A stretch of 63,733 bases of DNA, the filler included, from Pelomyxa schiedti (taxonomy: Eukaryota > Protista > Evosea), in NCBI GenBank assembly GCA_020536535.1. It is 8 parts of 8 records of this genome, joined end to end, with 100 filler letters (N's around TTAATTAATTAA, not from the genome) between each part and the next. Parts side by side here need not be neighbours in the genome. Positions count along the whole stretch, not along the records: positions 50,608 to 56,804 come from JAHLWZ010001440.1; positions 56,905 to 59,412 come from JAHLWZ010001971.1; positions 59,513 to 63,733 come from JAHLWZ010001620.1; 5 more parts are not named here. One strand, written 5' to 3'. The notes under the pieces were generated by a model that was given only the letters and a program-made list of their open reading frames with translations, was not told where the DNA came from and did not search any database. Position 1 is the first letter of the stretch; the number at the start of each line of letters is the position of its first letter. Position numbers and translations under genes: made by a program. Below, in pieces: positions 52,210 to 63,733 of this stretch.

Positions 52210-53861
52210 ATGGCGTTTTTTGCAGTGAACGAGGAACCACCGGGCCTGGTAACAGGTACCTAATACTACCCATCATAATTCCGCCTTAATGAAGGTCTCT
52301 ACAGTCGAAGTTTTTGTGTCGAAGATTGAGCCCACTGCGGCCTCGTCGTTGTTGAAGTGCGATTACCTGACATACTCCTTTGTTCTTCCCTGACATTGCT
52401 ATTTTTTGTTTGTTTGTTTGTTTGTTTGTTTGTTTGTTTGTTTGTTTGTTTGTTTGTTTGTTTGTTTGTTTGTTTGTTTTGTCCTTGTTTTCAACAGAGT
52501 TTTGGACAAGCACTACCCACTATCTGAATTCAAGCATCTAAAACGAGTGAAGAAAACAACAGGTTCTTCCGAAATTGATAATTGTATAATTAAAAGGCAC
52601 AGGCCCTGGTGGAGCAGAACTGTATGTACTACTTTTCTCCAAGGAGGCTTTCAGCTCTAGTTGCAGTGTGTCAACCACTAAAGCGGCTTCCCATGCTGAA
52701 GCTGATGTGGGTGCCACACTACCTGCACAGCTCCAGCAGTTCTCTTCATTGCTGCACCCACAGCTATATGCGGTTCCGAAATACCCACCACCTTCACGCG
52801 AGAGGCTGGCTGAATGGAATGCCATGTGGCCCTGCACATTTCATGATGTACCAAGGTGTGTCAACACTGAGACTCGCACCCCCAACACAAACAAAATAGG
52901 CACTGTTGTGCTGGACTCCCATCTTAAAATGTGTGTGTGCTCTGCGCACTTCACAGGCAGACCCCCGAGGTGGACACTTTTACGAGCGATGAAATCGAGT
53001 CAATGAAACGTTACATGCAAGAGGCTTTGGCACAGGCACTTCTCGCCAAAGAGTTCAAGCAGGTGTTTTCCCCTCTCCAAGTTGCTTGTAGTGTCTGACT
53101 TATCATTCATTTCAAAAGCGGCCAATAGGGGCTGTTGTGGTGGACCCAGAAACAGGGCGAGTGCTTGCTTCTGGGTTTGATCACTCTGTATTATGTACCT
53201 CTTGTTCAACCACATCTTCGGCAATGGTCCAACAACTGCCCAACCAAAATGCCAGTAACCTGGAGGAAGAGGTTAACCCTCCTCCCCCAAGCGGCACATC
53301 CCAAACAAACTCGGCGGCACACACTGAAGCAGAGCCCCTTCCTTCACAGGCAACCGTCTCGGTCTCAACTCCAGTAACAGCAGTTTCTTTCCAACCACAT
53401 CCACTTCATCATGCTGCCATCGTTTGCATTGAGGAAATCAGCAAGCACCACTTAGAAAAAGACACGGAGGTTTGTATTTCCTTCTCATCCCAAATCTTTC
53501 TTTCTTACAATGGTTTTCTTCAGAGTGACGACTATGTGTGCACAGGCTATGACATGTACATTACCAGAGAACCGTGTGTAATGTAATTCTCCCAATCCAA
53601 TTCCACACAACAAAATTCTCATCGCCCTTGCGTGTGTTTGTATTACCATCCAATATCTCCATTTCTTACCTGTTCCACAGGTGCAGCATGGCAATACTTC
53701 ACTCCCGGTTCCGGCGTGTTGTATATGGCACATCCAACCCAATCCTTGGTGGCCTGCACAGTCACTATATGTTACACACACAACGCTCACTGAATCACCA
53801 CTTCCAAGTCTACAGGGGACTCCTTTCCAAGCAAATCATTGACACCATTGGAGATCTGTGA
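52210..53861 (+). CDS. ADAT3: tRNA adenosine-34 deaminase non-catalytic subunit, multi-exon
   Basis: FKHLKRVKK, VPKYPP..WNAMWP..FH, IGAVVVDP, HPLHHAA (no catalytic Glu), [34 protein letters not shown]. Confidence 0.93.
52404..52480. repeat. (TTTG)n microsatellite in an ADAT3 intron
   Basis: Read directly. Confidence 0.95.
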
Positions 53862-53956
53862 ATCCATGATGAACAAACAAAAAAACAAAGAATTCAAAGC
53901 GGTTTTCATGGAAAGAACTTTTCGTGCACATCAAATCAATAACCAAACGCCACAAG

Positions 53957-54358
53957 ATGCCCCTGTTCGGCCGTAAGCACAAAAAAGGTGACGACGCTAA
54001 GGGAAAGGACAAAGGCAAAGACAAGGACAAGACCAAGAAGAAGAACAAGAAAGATGACAGTGATAAGAAACATAATCACCACGACGCCACGGGGACGTCG
54101 TCCTCGCCCCTGATCAATACTGACGGGACCCCCGCATCTCCCTCTACTCCCGCGAGGTCTTCTCCAGATATTACTACGACCACCACCTCGTCGGCTTCTT
54201 CTGCTTCGGCTTCGGCTTCGGCCTACGCCTCGGCTTCCGCGACGCCGCCGATCCCGCCGTGCCAGATCATCAGGAAGGCGCCGAGCCGCAGCAACCTCAA
54301 GAAGGCGCAGTCCGCGTTCGCCAAGGCCATCACGCGCACCATCATTGGGACTGCCCAA
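53957..54358 (+). CDS. 5' exon of a Lys/Asp-rich hypothetical gene; continuation not seen (abuts a transposon end)
   Basis: MPLFGRKHKKGDDAKGKDK... with coding-like GC-rich codons. Confidence 0.55.
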
Positions 54359-56804
54359 GTGTGCACACTTTTTATCGGGTTTATTAGTTTTCTCAGTCCA
54401 GAGACGAGGAACTGAGACGGAAAAAAAAGGCGTTTTCTACAAGACCATCGGCCACGGGGTGCAACCGTTTGCAGGACTCAGCGTGGGCTGGATGCTGAGA
54501 ACAGCCAAAAACCTAATTTTTTTTCCTTTTCGTTTGTGTGCACACCAAATGAAGGGGAAAAAAAATTCCCCCGATCGCGGGGTGTGCACACAGTTTGCAG
54601 CACGCCAACGGCCAACAGACACACCAATGTGCTTCCCACCCCAAAAAAATCAGGCACAGCCTGGACCATTTTTTTGTTTTTGTCGATTTGGGTCCGATCG
54701 GACTTTCTACACTCTTTCATGCGCGATATGATTCGGTCCTGAATGCTTTGTGATGGTGTTCAGGACCGTGTGTGTTTGAGTGCATTTTCTTATACTTAGT
54801 GTTAAGGGCTTGTTTCTGCGAAAAGTGAAAGACAACAATCGATTCTCAAACACCTGATCTGGGGTGGGATCCCTTTTCTCGGTGGGCTCTGTATCTGGTT
54901 TGGTAGGTTGTTTGGGAGGGCAGTTGGGTTGTTTGAGAGTGTTGTTGTTTCTTCCTTTTTTTCTGTGTGGGTGTTTCTGGCTGCTGATTGTCAGGCTGCA
55001 AATGTGAAGATGGTGGGGAATATCCCTGAGGGTGGTGAAGGGATTGAACTCCTACTTGTGGAGTGGGAAGCTGTTCCATGAGAGATGGAGGTGGTGGTGT
55101 TTGGGGAATGGATTGTGGTGGAGTTGGAGGATGAGGAACAGGCAGTGGTGGAGGAATAGGCTGTTGTGGTGTTTGTGCTGGGGTTGTTGAAAGGGTTTCA
55201 CCATGGAAATCTAGTGTTTCTTGTGGCACAGGAACATCTGTACTTGAAGGTGGAGGACGCTGTGCAGATGAATAAATAGGACATTGTAGAGAGAGACACT
55301 GTGAGGGAACAATGAAAGATTGGGAAGAAACTGAAGAAAACATTGTTGTTGCTGGATGTGGTAACACTGTGTGATTCTGGTGGATATCAGTCTGCCATGG
55401 ATCAGGAGGCTGTTGAGACATTGGTTGCAGTCCAAACTCTTGATTTCCAGACACCAGAGCATGAGGTAGATTGACAGAGATCTCCTGTCGTTTCCTTGAA
55501 TTTGGGTGTGCATGAGCATCATAAAAATGCCATTGCTCAGTCCACTTCACTTGTTCAGAGAGGGTCAATTTTTCTTTACTAGCTTTCTTTTTAGCAAGTT
55601 GGAACTGTTCCAGAGAATACTGAGTTGAACTCTGGTGTATAAGATCACACAAGGTAATGATATTACCTTTGGTTGGAGAGAAACTGTCAGAAGCAGCTGC
55701 TGTTGGTGAAGAAGAGGCATGTCGAATTGGAAGCATGTTGTTCAATAGGTTCAACATTTTTCCTTCCAGTTGGATATTGCTAGATTGTGGGGCAACCTGG
55801 AGGACAGTATCTAACAAGTTGAAGGAACTCTCCACCTTCTGTGTGGAGATTGGTTGTGTGAAGCAATACTCTTTGTGGAATTTGTCTAGTGCTCCATCTG
55901 GGGTGATTTTCACAGTTCAGCATAGAGCTGAGGCATGGTGGCATCTCACCAAAAATTTGTGTATCTCCTCCACAGGGGTTTGGATGATGCTGGAAAAAGC
56001 GGATTTCATCCTCTCTGATTTGGATAACTTGCCTTCATTGGTGTGAATAAGCAACTTGGCAACAGTATAGCATGAATCATCATCTCCCAATGCAACCATG
56101 ACCTGTGGAAAACTTGTCCAAGGATCAAAGTATTCCTTGACAGCAGTGTCATAGGCTTTGAGGAACTTGTTACCCATCCCTTGAGCTTGGGAAGGTGTGT
56201 TGTTTTGGGAAATTGCTCATGACCACCATGTTTCTCCAGATCCTCTTGCATGTCTCCAAGCTTCCCTTTCCACTCTTGGATCTGGGAGATGGTTAAAAGA
56301 AGGAAGGAGTAACTGTGAAACAACAACTTTCTTTGGAAGTAAATGTGCCTTAAATGATGCTGGCAAGTCAGGTGCTTCTAGCCACTCAGTGAGTTCAATG
56401 TGAAAGGGAGCAAATTCGTAGAGAAAAGAAAGCTGCAGAGTCTGGTTTTTTAACCAAGCAATCATAGTGGCACAAGTATCTCTCAAAGAATGGCAACTGC
56501 TCAGGTAGTGTGAATTGATATGCTCAAAAAAAAGGAGCAACTGTGGAATTCTCTCTTCAACCCAAATAGCAGCTTTGAGAACTGTAAGCCAACGTGTGGG
56601 TATTGGTTGTGGAATGGTTGTCTTGTCTTTCACTTTTTGGTGTCTCTCCTCACATAAACTGTAAAAATTGGTTGTTGCTTCAGTGAAAATCCAGTAAATG
56701 TGGTACAGCATTGCAACAGCATTTGCATTTGGGGAGTTACGGGGACAGGCACCTGGTGTGTGTTTCTTTTGAGAGATGTTAAACCCTTGAGTCATTCCAT
56801 GAAG
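54356..56804 (-). mobile_element. Divergent hAT-like DNA transposon, 5'-truncated at contig end, transposase disrupted
   Basis: IPQPIPTRWLTV (TRW motif) and ISTQKVESSFNLL (resembles SxxxERxFS); ORF broken into 3-4 pieces; candidate end CAAGTGTGCACAC with repeated GTGCACAC motifs. Confidence 0.6.
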
Positions 56805-56904
56805 NNNNNNNNNNNNNNNNNNNNNNNNNNNNNNNNNNNNNNNNNNNNTTAATTAATTAANNNNNNNNNNNNNNNNNNNNNNNNNNNNNNNNNNNNNNNN
56901 NNNN

Positions 56905-59293
56905 CAGGGGTGGATTTTGATCGAGTTTTCATGAACCTGAGTCAATAAGCAGAAGTTTGTGAGCTAATGAGCGCTCACAAACTTTTCAACTTCCTGGAAG
57001 GCAGTTCATTTTCTTCGAATTCATCACCATCACCGGCTTATATTCCTGACGGTTCAAGGAGGAAAATAATTAAATAACAACTTGTGATGAGTACCAGCAT
57101 CGCACCTTGGCCACCTCAGCGCCGCAAGCGTAGCAGAGCCTGGAGGCATTTTCAAGAAGTGTCTGGTGGCAAAGTGCAGTGTGTGTTGTGCTCTCTGCGT
57201 TTCGACTACAAGAAATCCACTTCATCAATGCTGCGTCATCTCCATGATGTTCACTCAGAATTAGTACTGTGGTTTTTCTTTTGACTGTTTTACACTGTAA
57301 AGGAGCCTTGTGAGCCAACATTGTCAGACACTGCCAAAGCTAAGTTGAATCAAAGCCTTGCACAACTCATCTGCTGTGGATTTCAACCATTTTCCATTGT
57401 GGAAAATGCTGCATTTCGTGGATTTGTGCATGAGTTAAATCCTGCTTTTACACTGCCCACTAGAAGTCACCTAAGATTGACTCAAGTCCCACTACTGCAC
57501 AGCGAAGTGATGGACCAGGTACACATCACAGCTATTCGAAAATTTATGAGTATTTAGATAAAACATGCTCTGGGTAGTACACAATATGCTAGCATTGAAG
57601 TGGATGCATGGTCATCAATGTTTTTTTCCTTTTCCTGTACCCCTTTCTTCACCTCAATCATAGCAATTCCCAGAGCTACTTCGGGGTGATATTTCATGTC
57701 ATAACTGAGCAGTGGACACCTTTGGAGTTTCTTGCTGGAGTGCAAGTCACCACTGATTCCACAGCTGATTCTTATGCTGCGTACATTGCATCCCTATGCA
57801 ACATCTGGAGTTCACTCAAAATATTTGCCTTCAACTGTGATGGTGGCAGCAATGTGAAGGCTACTGCACAGCAACTGAGGTTCATGCAGATACCTTGTGG
57901 TTGTCATTTATTACAGCTCACTGTGAAAGCGTTATTGGAGGTAAGTTTCCTCAAACCAGAATAATGTTAATACATATTCATAAAGAAACAAATTGTTGCC
58001 CCTCTATTGCAAAAAGTGAAGCAGACCACGCACCACTTTCAAAGCAGTAATAAAGCTGCTCAGACTTTGTATAACCACCAAATTACTGCTAAACACAAAC
58101 AGCTGAAAGTGGTAAATAACAACCTCACTCGATGGAACAGCACTTACAAAATGCTGCTACGGTTTTCACTCTTCCTTCTTTATTGAGATTAACTATACAC
58201 AGACTGCAAGAGATTGCTCAGGATGTGAATGCCGTACTGAGAGCTGAAGGCTTGTTCCACCTAACTCTTTCTGACACATCTCTCAGCCAAATGAGTGAAT
58301 TGCTGCAGTGCTTACATCCGTTTTATGTTGTTACTCAGAGACTGGAGGCTGCAGATGCCACTATCAGTTGTATCCTCCCTTTATTTCGTGGAATTGAAAG
58401 AACATTATCTCAGGTTGGCCATATCCCTTCCTTTCTATCCCTTAATTATTCACAGCTCCAGGGGTCATCTACTTCAGCAGCAATGACCCAATACCTGACA
58501 GTGCTCTCTGAGGACTTCTCCCCACGCTGGAGACAGGCCTATCATGCTGAGAATGTGCACAACCTCTTGGTTGTGGCAACCTTTTTAGATCCACGTTACA
58601 AAGACCGCTGCTTCACACCTGCTGAGCGTGCAGAGTGTAATGATAAACTTGCAACTGTTGCTCAGTGTGTTTTCCCAGCATCTCACTTTCACTCACACTC
58701 ATGTAGTGTTGGACTTACAGAGCCTCCTATATTACCTGCAAGCCAACAAGTGTACAAACAAATCAGTGATAGTATTGACTGGTTTTCCAATCAGCCAACA
58801 GATGATGAGTTGACCAGATACCAACGTGTGAATGATGTCCCTCTAACTATGTCCCCAATCAAGTGGTGGCACCAACACCAGTGTGTCCTTTTCAAAGCTT
58901 CTTTAAGAACTTACATAATACACTAGCCAAGATTTTCCAAAACTAGGATCTCTTGCACACACATTCTCTTGTGTCAGAGCCAGCACAGCTGCCATTGAAA
59001 GGGTGTGGAGTCAAGCAGGACTGCTCTGTTGTAAATTACGAAGCCAATTGCACCCACACACATTAGAGCAGATGCTAATGACAGGGTTTAACGCAAAAGC
59101 TCTACACAACATGGCCACATTCAATAAAGAGTGATTCTTTTCACAAATTGCCACACATTACATTGGTATCGAAAGCCTCCTTCCTAAAATGGACCACGTT
59201 CCTTGAAGTTGATAACTAATGAGCGCTCATGAACTGTTGATTTTGCTCACTAAGATCTGTAGTGAGTGTGAGCCGCTCATAAATCCACCCCTG
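56905..59293 (+). mobile_element. Complete hAT (Ac/ZBED1-type) DNA transposon, 2389 bp
   Basis: Perfect 13-bp TIRs CAGGGGTGGATTT (56905) and AAATCCACCCCTG (to 59293); subterminal CTAATGAGCGCTCA at both ends. Confidence 0.93.
57087..59134 (+). CDS. hAT transposase with BED finger, multi-exon
   Basis: SRAWRHF..VQCVLC..STSSMLRHLHDVH; VDAWS; CDGGSNV; PCGCHLLQL; TRWNSTY; TFLDPRYK; KWW..FPKL; ASTAAIERVWS. Confidence 0.88.
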
Positions 59294-59528
59294 ATGCGTT
59301 GGAGTTTGTTTTTGTTGGCTACCGCTTCGAAGAAAAAGGTGATCTGAATCCGAATCAGTGATGATTTCGAACTATCGGTCGAACTAAGGTCTTGCTTTCC
59401 CGCAAAGAGTCANNNNNNNNNNNNNNNNNNNNNNNNNNNNNNNNNNNNNNNNNNNNTTAATTAATTAANNNNNNNNNNNNNNNNNNNNNNNNNNNNNNNN
59501 NNNNNNNNNNNNTGCACAATCCCCACGT

Positions 59529-62153
59529 ATGTCATCAGCACCTCAACTGTCTATATCTCCACAATGCCCGCCTATCATCCCAGAGGCCTCCACCTCACCT
59601 ACTACAAGTACTACACCTCCTCCCTCTTCTACTAGTCCATCGTCCAAGACATTTCCAGTTGCACCTATTGCAATTCCTAGTTCCTCCAGAACTATTATTG
59701 CTTCAGCCTCACTATTGGTCTCTCCTCGAATTTCCCCCCCTTTAAGCAGAACCACCTCAGTTACTTCAAACATAGCCCTCAGTGTCGTCTCTCAGACTCC
59801 AGCTTCCACAACACCGCCTTCCACATCCCCAACTTCTGCGGCTGCCCTTATAAGCTCCGGTAGTACTTCATCCATATCCGGTTCAAACAGCCCACAAACT
59901 CCCTCTGCCACACGCCTTTCTCCCCGGGTTCCAGGTATTGTGATACGACCGCTATTGAATCTAGGAAACACTATGGAGGGAACTCCGAGGATCAATAAAC
60001 CCGAGAACACACCCAGGGTAGTTGAAAGCACTCCGAGACCAAAAGCTTTTTCAAGAAACACTCTACAACGACTCACGTTTTCCTTGACTGTGTACAAGAC
60101 AAGCTTATTAACAATAAAATGTATCAGCATACTGTCAACTAGTTCTCACAACTCCTTTAGTCCTCTCGGGAATAAATATCAGAGGACAAAAAGGAAAACC
60201 TATAAGTGCTTTTTGCACAGTGACTGTCATCGATCCTCAAGCAGTACCGCAAGGAACAATTCGAAAACAGAAGGCAAACAAAACTGATTGTGTTTCTGAG
60301 GGGAATACATGGTATTTTTGATCGCATTCGTTCATTCTTATAATTTATTCACAAGGAACGAGGATATTCCTACGTAAGCCCATAGATCGAGTTAGTTGTC
60401 TGAAGGATTTATTTTGTCAAACAGGGAAATTTCCTCAACAGCAGAAACCGTGAGAATTGAAGTTAAAGGGCACCGAAAATTACAAAAAGATGAACTTGTT
60501 GGAACAATTGATATCCCTGTGTACCGACTGCACGACTTCAAGTGTGATTCCAGATTACACTTCCGTTCTTAAAGGAAAAATACAGCACACCCACAGTGCT
60601 CCCCATACAACCAGTTAAAGACAGCAAAGCTTCTGGTGAAATTGAAATCGTTTGCACTTTTGTTACTGCCCTTGAACGAAACGAAGATCTGAGAATAACG
60701 CGACTGTATTACGATACATTATATTCTGTAATTGTGTCATTCAATTTCAATTCCATCCAATTGTCTTTCTAGATATTAATAGAGCCTGAGCTTCTTATGA
60801 TCATTCCTATCTGCACTTCACTCCAGAAGAAGTGTGATGATTCTATGGGCATAGCTCTTGTTCGCTTATTTAATAAGGAGAACCTTGCATTACCTTTTGT
60901 GGTTACCATGCTTTCAGAGGAAATTTCTCGGGGACTCCAATGTAGACACCCTATCTTTCAGTTAATTGTTTTTGACTCCATGAAAGATGTTGCCACTCTA
61001 CTAAGAGGCGATACAGTATCAACTCGCCTATGTGCAAACTACTGCAAATATATAGGATATCGATATTTGGTGAATACTATTGTACCACATGTAGAATTCA
61101 TTTTAGATAATACTAGTCATTATGAAGTGGATCCGGTACTTGCCAGGTTTTTATTTCCTCCCATAATACTTTTATTAAACCTTGGGCAGCCCGGAAGATA
61201 ATTTACAAGAAAACGCCGCAAATTTAGTTTCAATCTGCACGAACATTGTCAACTCGATTGTTGCATCAGTAGCCACAATTCCAAGGTATCTATCCTTTCC
61301 CTAGTGAAACAAAATGGAAAAAATACAGGAATGTGAAGGTTCTATTATCAAATTTGAGGTCTTATGTTGACAAAATCGGCCACCCTGAGTTGTCACCAGT
61401 GGTCACAGTGGCCATTTTCTTCCTCCGTTACATCACACCAGCAAGTAGGCTACCTTCTTATTTCATAGTTCTTTAACTGTTATTTCAGTCCTTTTCCCCG
61501 AGCAGAACTTTTTGACTGAAAGTATGTACCTTTTGAAACACTGATGTTTACACAAACATCTTCACTTAAGGGGATGTATCACCCGAAGCTCGTCGTATGC
61601 TTATGCTCATTACAAAAGTGATACAAAGCCTTGCAAATCCCGCCAGACAACAGTAAAACTTCTGATCAGGAATCAATAGAATTCAAACCATTCTACACAG
61701 GGAGGAATCACACGAGCCCGCCATGGAACTAGTTCTACCACAGATAAGATCACTGCGACCCGCAGTTGAACAATTAATTGATGATCTAAGTGTATGGTCT
61801 CAAGAACTTATTATGTCTCATTCTCCTATTCAGAAACCTTCTCCAACTGGTGGCCCAGACGAACCACATTCACAAATTAGTGACGAAGACTATCCCTTAT
61901 TCATGTCCATTGTGATGCGGAAAATTGCAGAAAACCGCACCATTGTAGAAAAAGCTATCACCTCACAACAATTTTCCACCGAGGAAAAGGCAGCCAAAGT
62001 TCTAGTATGTTTTCATTTTCGCCATAAATATCCAAATAACCATAAAAATTAGAAAGACTTTGCTGCATTAAATGGCGTTATAACTGAGCAACAGAGGGTA
62101 TGCTCCTTTGTCCTTTGTTCCTTAACATTAACAACTTGTAGATGTACTCATAG
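59529..62153 (+). CDS. C2-domain RasGAP with Ser/Pro/Thr-rich N-terminus, multi-exon
   Basis: C2-like exons (KDELVGTIDIP, SGEIEI); TLLRGDT arginine finger, IGYRYL, YEVDP, FFLRYITPA, RRMLMLITKVIQSLAN. Confidence 0.88.
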
Positions 62154-63620
62154 AAGAGAGGAAAACACGGAAACAAAAAAAAAAAACTACAAACTGTATG
62201 AGGAAAAATCCTCACAAAAGTAAAAGAAATTACTGTTTCTTTACGTTGTCCAAAACATCCATCACTGCCCTAGTGCAAAATGAGAATTGCCTTGTTGATG
62301 TTGTGGTTCTCTTTTTCATTGGTGTTGTTGGGGTGGTTGAAGTTGTAATTGTACTTGGGGGTGTTGAGGTTGATCCGGTATTTCCGTTGGTGACTGATGG
62401 TGTATTATGTTGGCTTATTTCCGAAGCGGGAACATCCTCAAGCTCTGGAGGCAGGAAGTGAAACAGAGGAGGCTTGGTGGGGCAAATAGGGGGAGCACTT
62501 GACATCAGTGTTGCGGAGGGTTGTGAAATGTTTGAAGCTATCCATCGGATGAGGTGTCTGAGGTGTTTGTTAGTGTGTTGCATTTTTATTTGTTTTGGTT
62601 CGTTTTTGTTTTCTTGAGGGCATTACGGTGCCACGGCGGAAACTACATAGCAGTATCCAGTCTTCTTGGCGGAAATTGTAGGAAGGTCATCAACATTACA
62701 CCATTTGATACTCTGACAAGTTCAATTTTAGTGTTGCTTCATTCCAGAATGAAGGTTACACTAATTTCTTTTCTGACTCTGGGATTGAAATGTGCCTCAT
62801 CTTCTATGCCCGGGACAATGAAGAACGTTTTGTTTCTGTGTGATAAAGATGGCGTTCCAACCACTATTTTGGATGTTATATCGTAGCCTGTTTCTTCCAG
62901 CACCTGGCTTGGGTAAGGTGCTACAGAAGAGAAAAATAAGGATTACTTCTCTTATGGCACATTCTTTGGCAGATTCATCTTTGTTAACTTTTCCTTTGGG
63001 GAATCCCCATGGTTTCCCATCGTATCCCTTGACCAGCACACACTACAAGCAGTGACTCCAACAATGTATAACGATAATACTCTGCCTACCTTATTGCACT
63101 CGCGATTTAGCATTATGGCACCATAAACAGGAACAGCAGTTTTGTATCTGCTGAATTCCCGAATGATTGTATCAGACATTGGAAAATAGGGGCGTAACCA
63201 TGGGCAGTACAAGAAAACTACATCATTTCGTGGTCAATGCTTTTGTATTTAACCCCAATCACACTGAACCCTCAACCCGAGAAAAAAAAGGGGGGGGGAA
63301 AAAAAAAGAAAAACTACAGCACAGGAGACTCACGTTCCCTTGCGAAATTTTGGAGGTTGTAAGGCGGGAGGTTGTAGAGTGACTGGTACATGTCAACGTA
63401 AAACCAATATGCCTCCTCCACAAGGAACCCTATGCGATGGAACGACGAGAGGTCCTCGGGCGGCATGTTTACGATGAACCTACTCGCCAGGTCCTCCATC
63501 ACCTGCTGCATTTTTTTTTGGTCTTTCGGTTCTTTGATTGTGGTTTTTTTTTTGTTTCCGTGTTTTCCTCTCTTCTATGAGTACATCTACAAGTTGTTAA
63601 TGTTAAGGAACAAAGGACAA
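62108..63620. repeat. About 79-bp near-perfect inverted repeat (62108-62186 and 63543-63620) flanking Dcp2
   Basis: TTGTCCTTTGTTCCTTAACATTAACAACTTGTAGATGTACTCATAGAAGAGAGGAAAACACGGAAAC(A)nC and its reverse complement. Confidence 0.93.
62230..63511 (-). CDS. DCP2: mRNA decapping enzyme catalytic subunit, multi-exon
   Basis: Box [27 protein letters not shown]; [11 protein letters not shown]; Nudix [28 protein letters not shown]. Confidence 0.95.
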
Positions 63621-63733
63621 GGATAAGAAGAAGGAGAAAGGGAAGAGGAAGCGGGCCAAGGATAAGGATAAGGACAAGGGGAAGGACAAGGGCGGGGAGG
63701 CTGGTGGAAGCACTGGGGCAGCTCATGACAAGT

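Overview
Intron-rich eukaryotic (protist) genomic DNA, not prokaryotic. It has short GT-AG introns, actins, RhoGEF/RasGAP and PTB genes. An intron-containing [FeFe]-hydrogenase maturase HydE points to an anaerobic protist; an archamoeba such as Pelomyxa is my inference and is unverified. The window is eight unrelated contigs joined by artificial N44-TTAATTAATTAA-N44 linkers, plus one plain 100-N gap at 868-967, so gene neighbourhood means nothing across linkers. Contig 1 (1-29355) is gene-dense: a duplicated amino-acid transporter, two D-loop-less actins, an isochorismatase, a sirtuin, a YTH + double RlaP-like nucleotidyltransferase fusion, HydE, PTB, a RhoGEF, a C1/F-box-like/Sel1 protein, a PP2C-like protein, a tandem BRCT protein and a minisatellite. 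Later contigs hold a Helitron, a decayed LINE, a Tc1/IS630 fragment, two hAT-type transposons, a MORN-kinase, ADAT3, a C2-RasGAP and Dcp2. The best candidates for new biology are (1) a YTH (m6A-reader fold) domain fused to one intact and one degenerate pol-beta RNA-repair-type nucleotidyltransferase, and (2) a family seen five times here with an 'HPRCG-x2-SP' F-box-like motif attached to different interaction domains. Also notable are CpG decay of the transposons and an inverted duplication around Dcp2. All exon structures were read by eye and all domain calls are motif recognition, not database hits.
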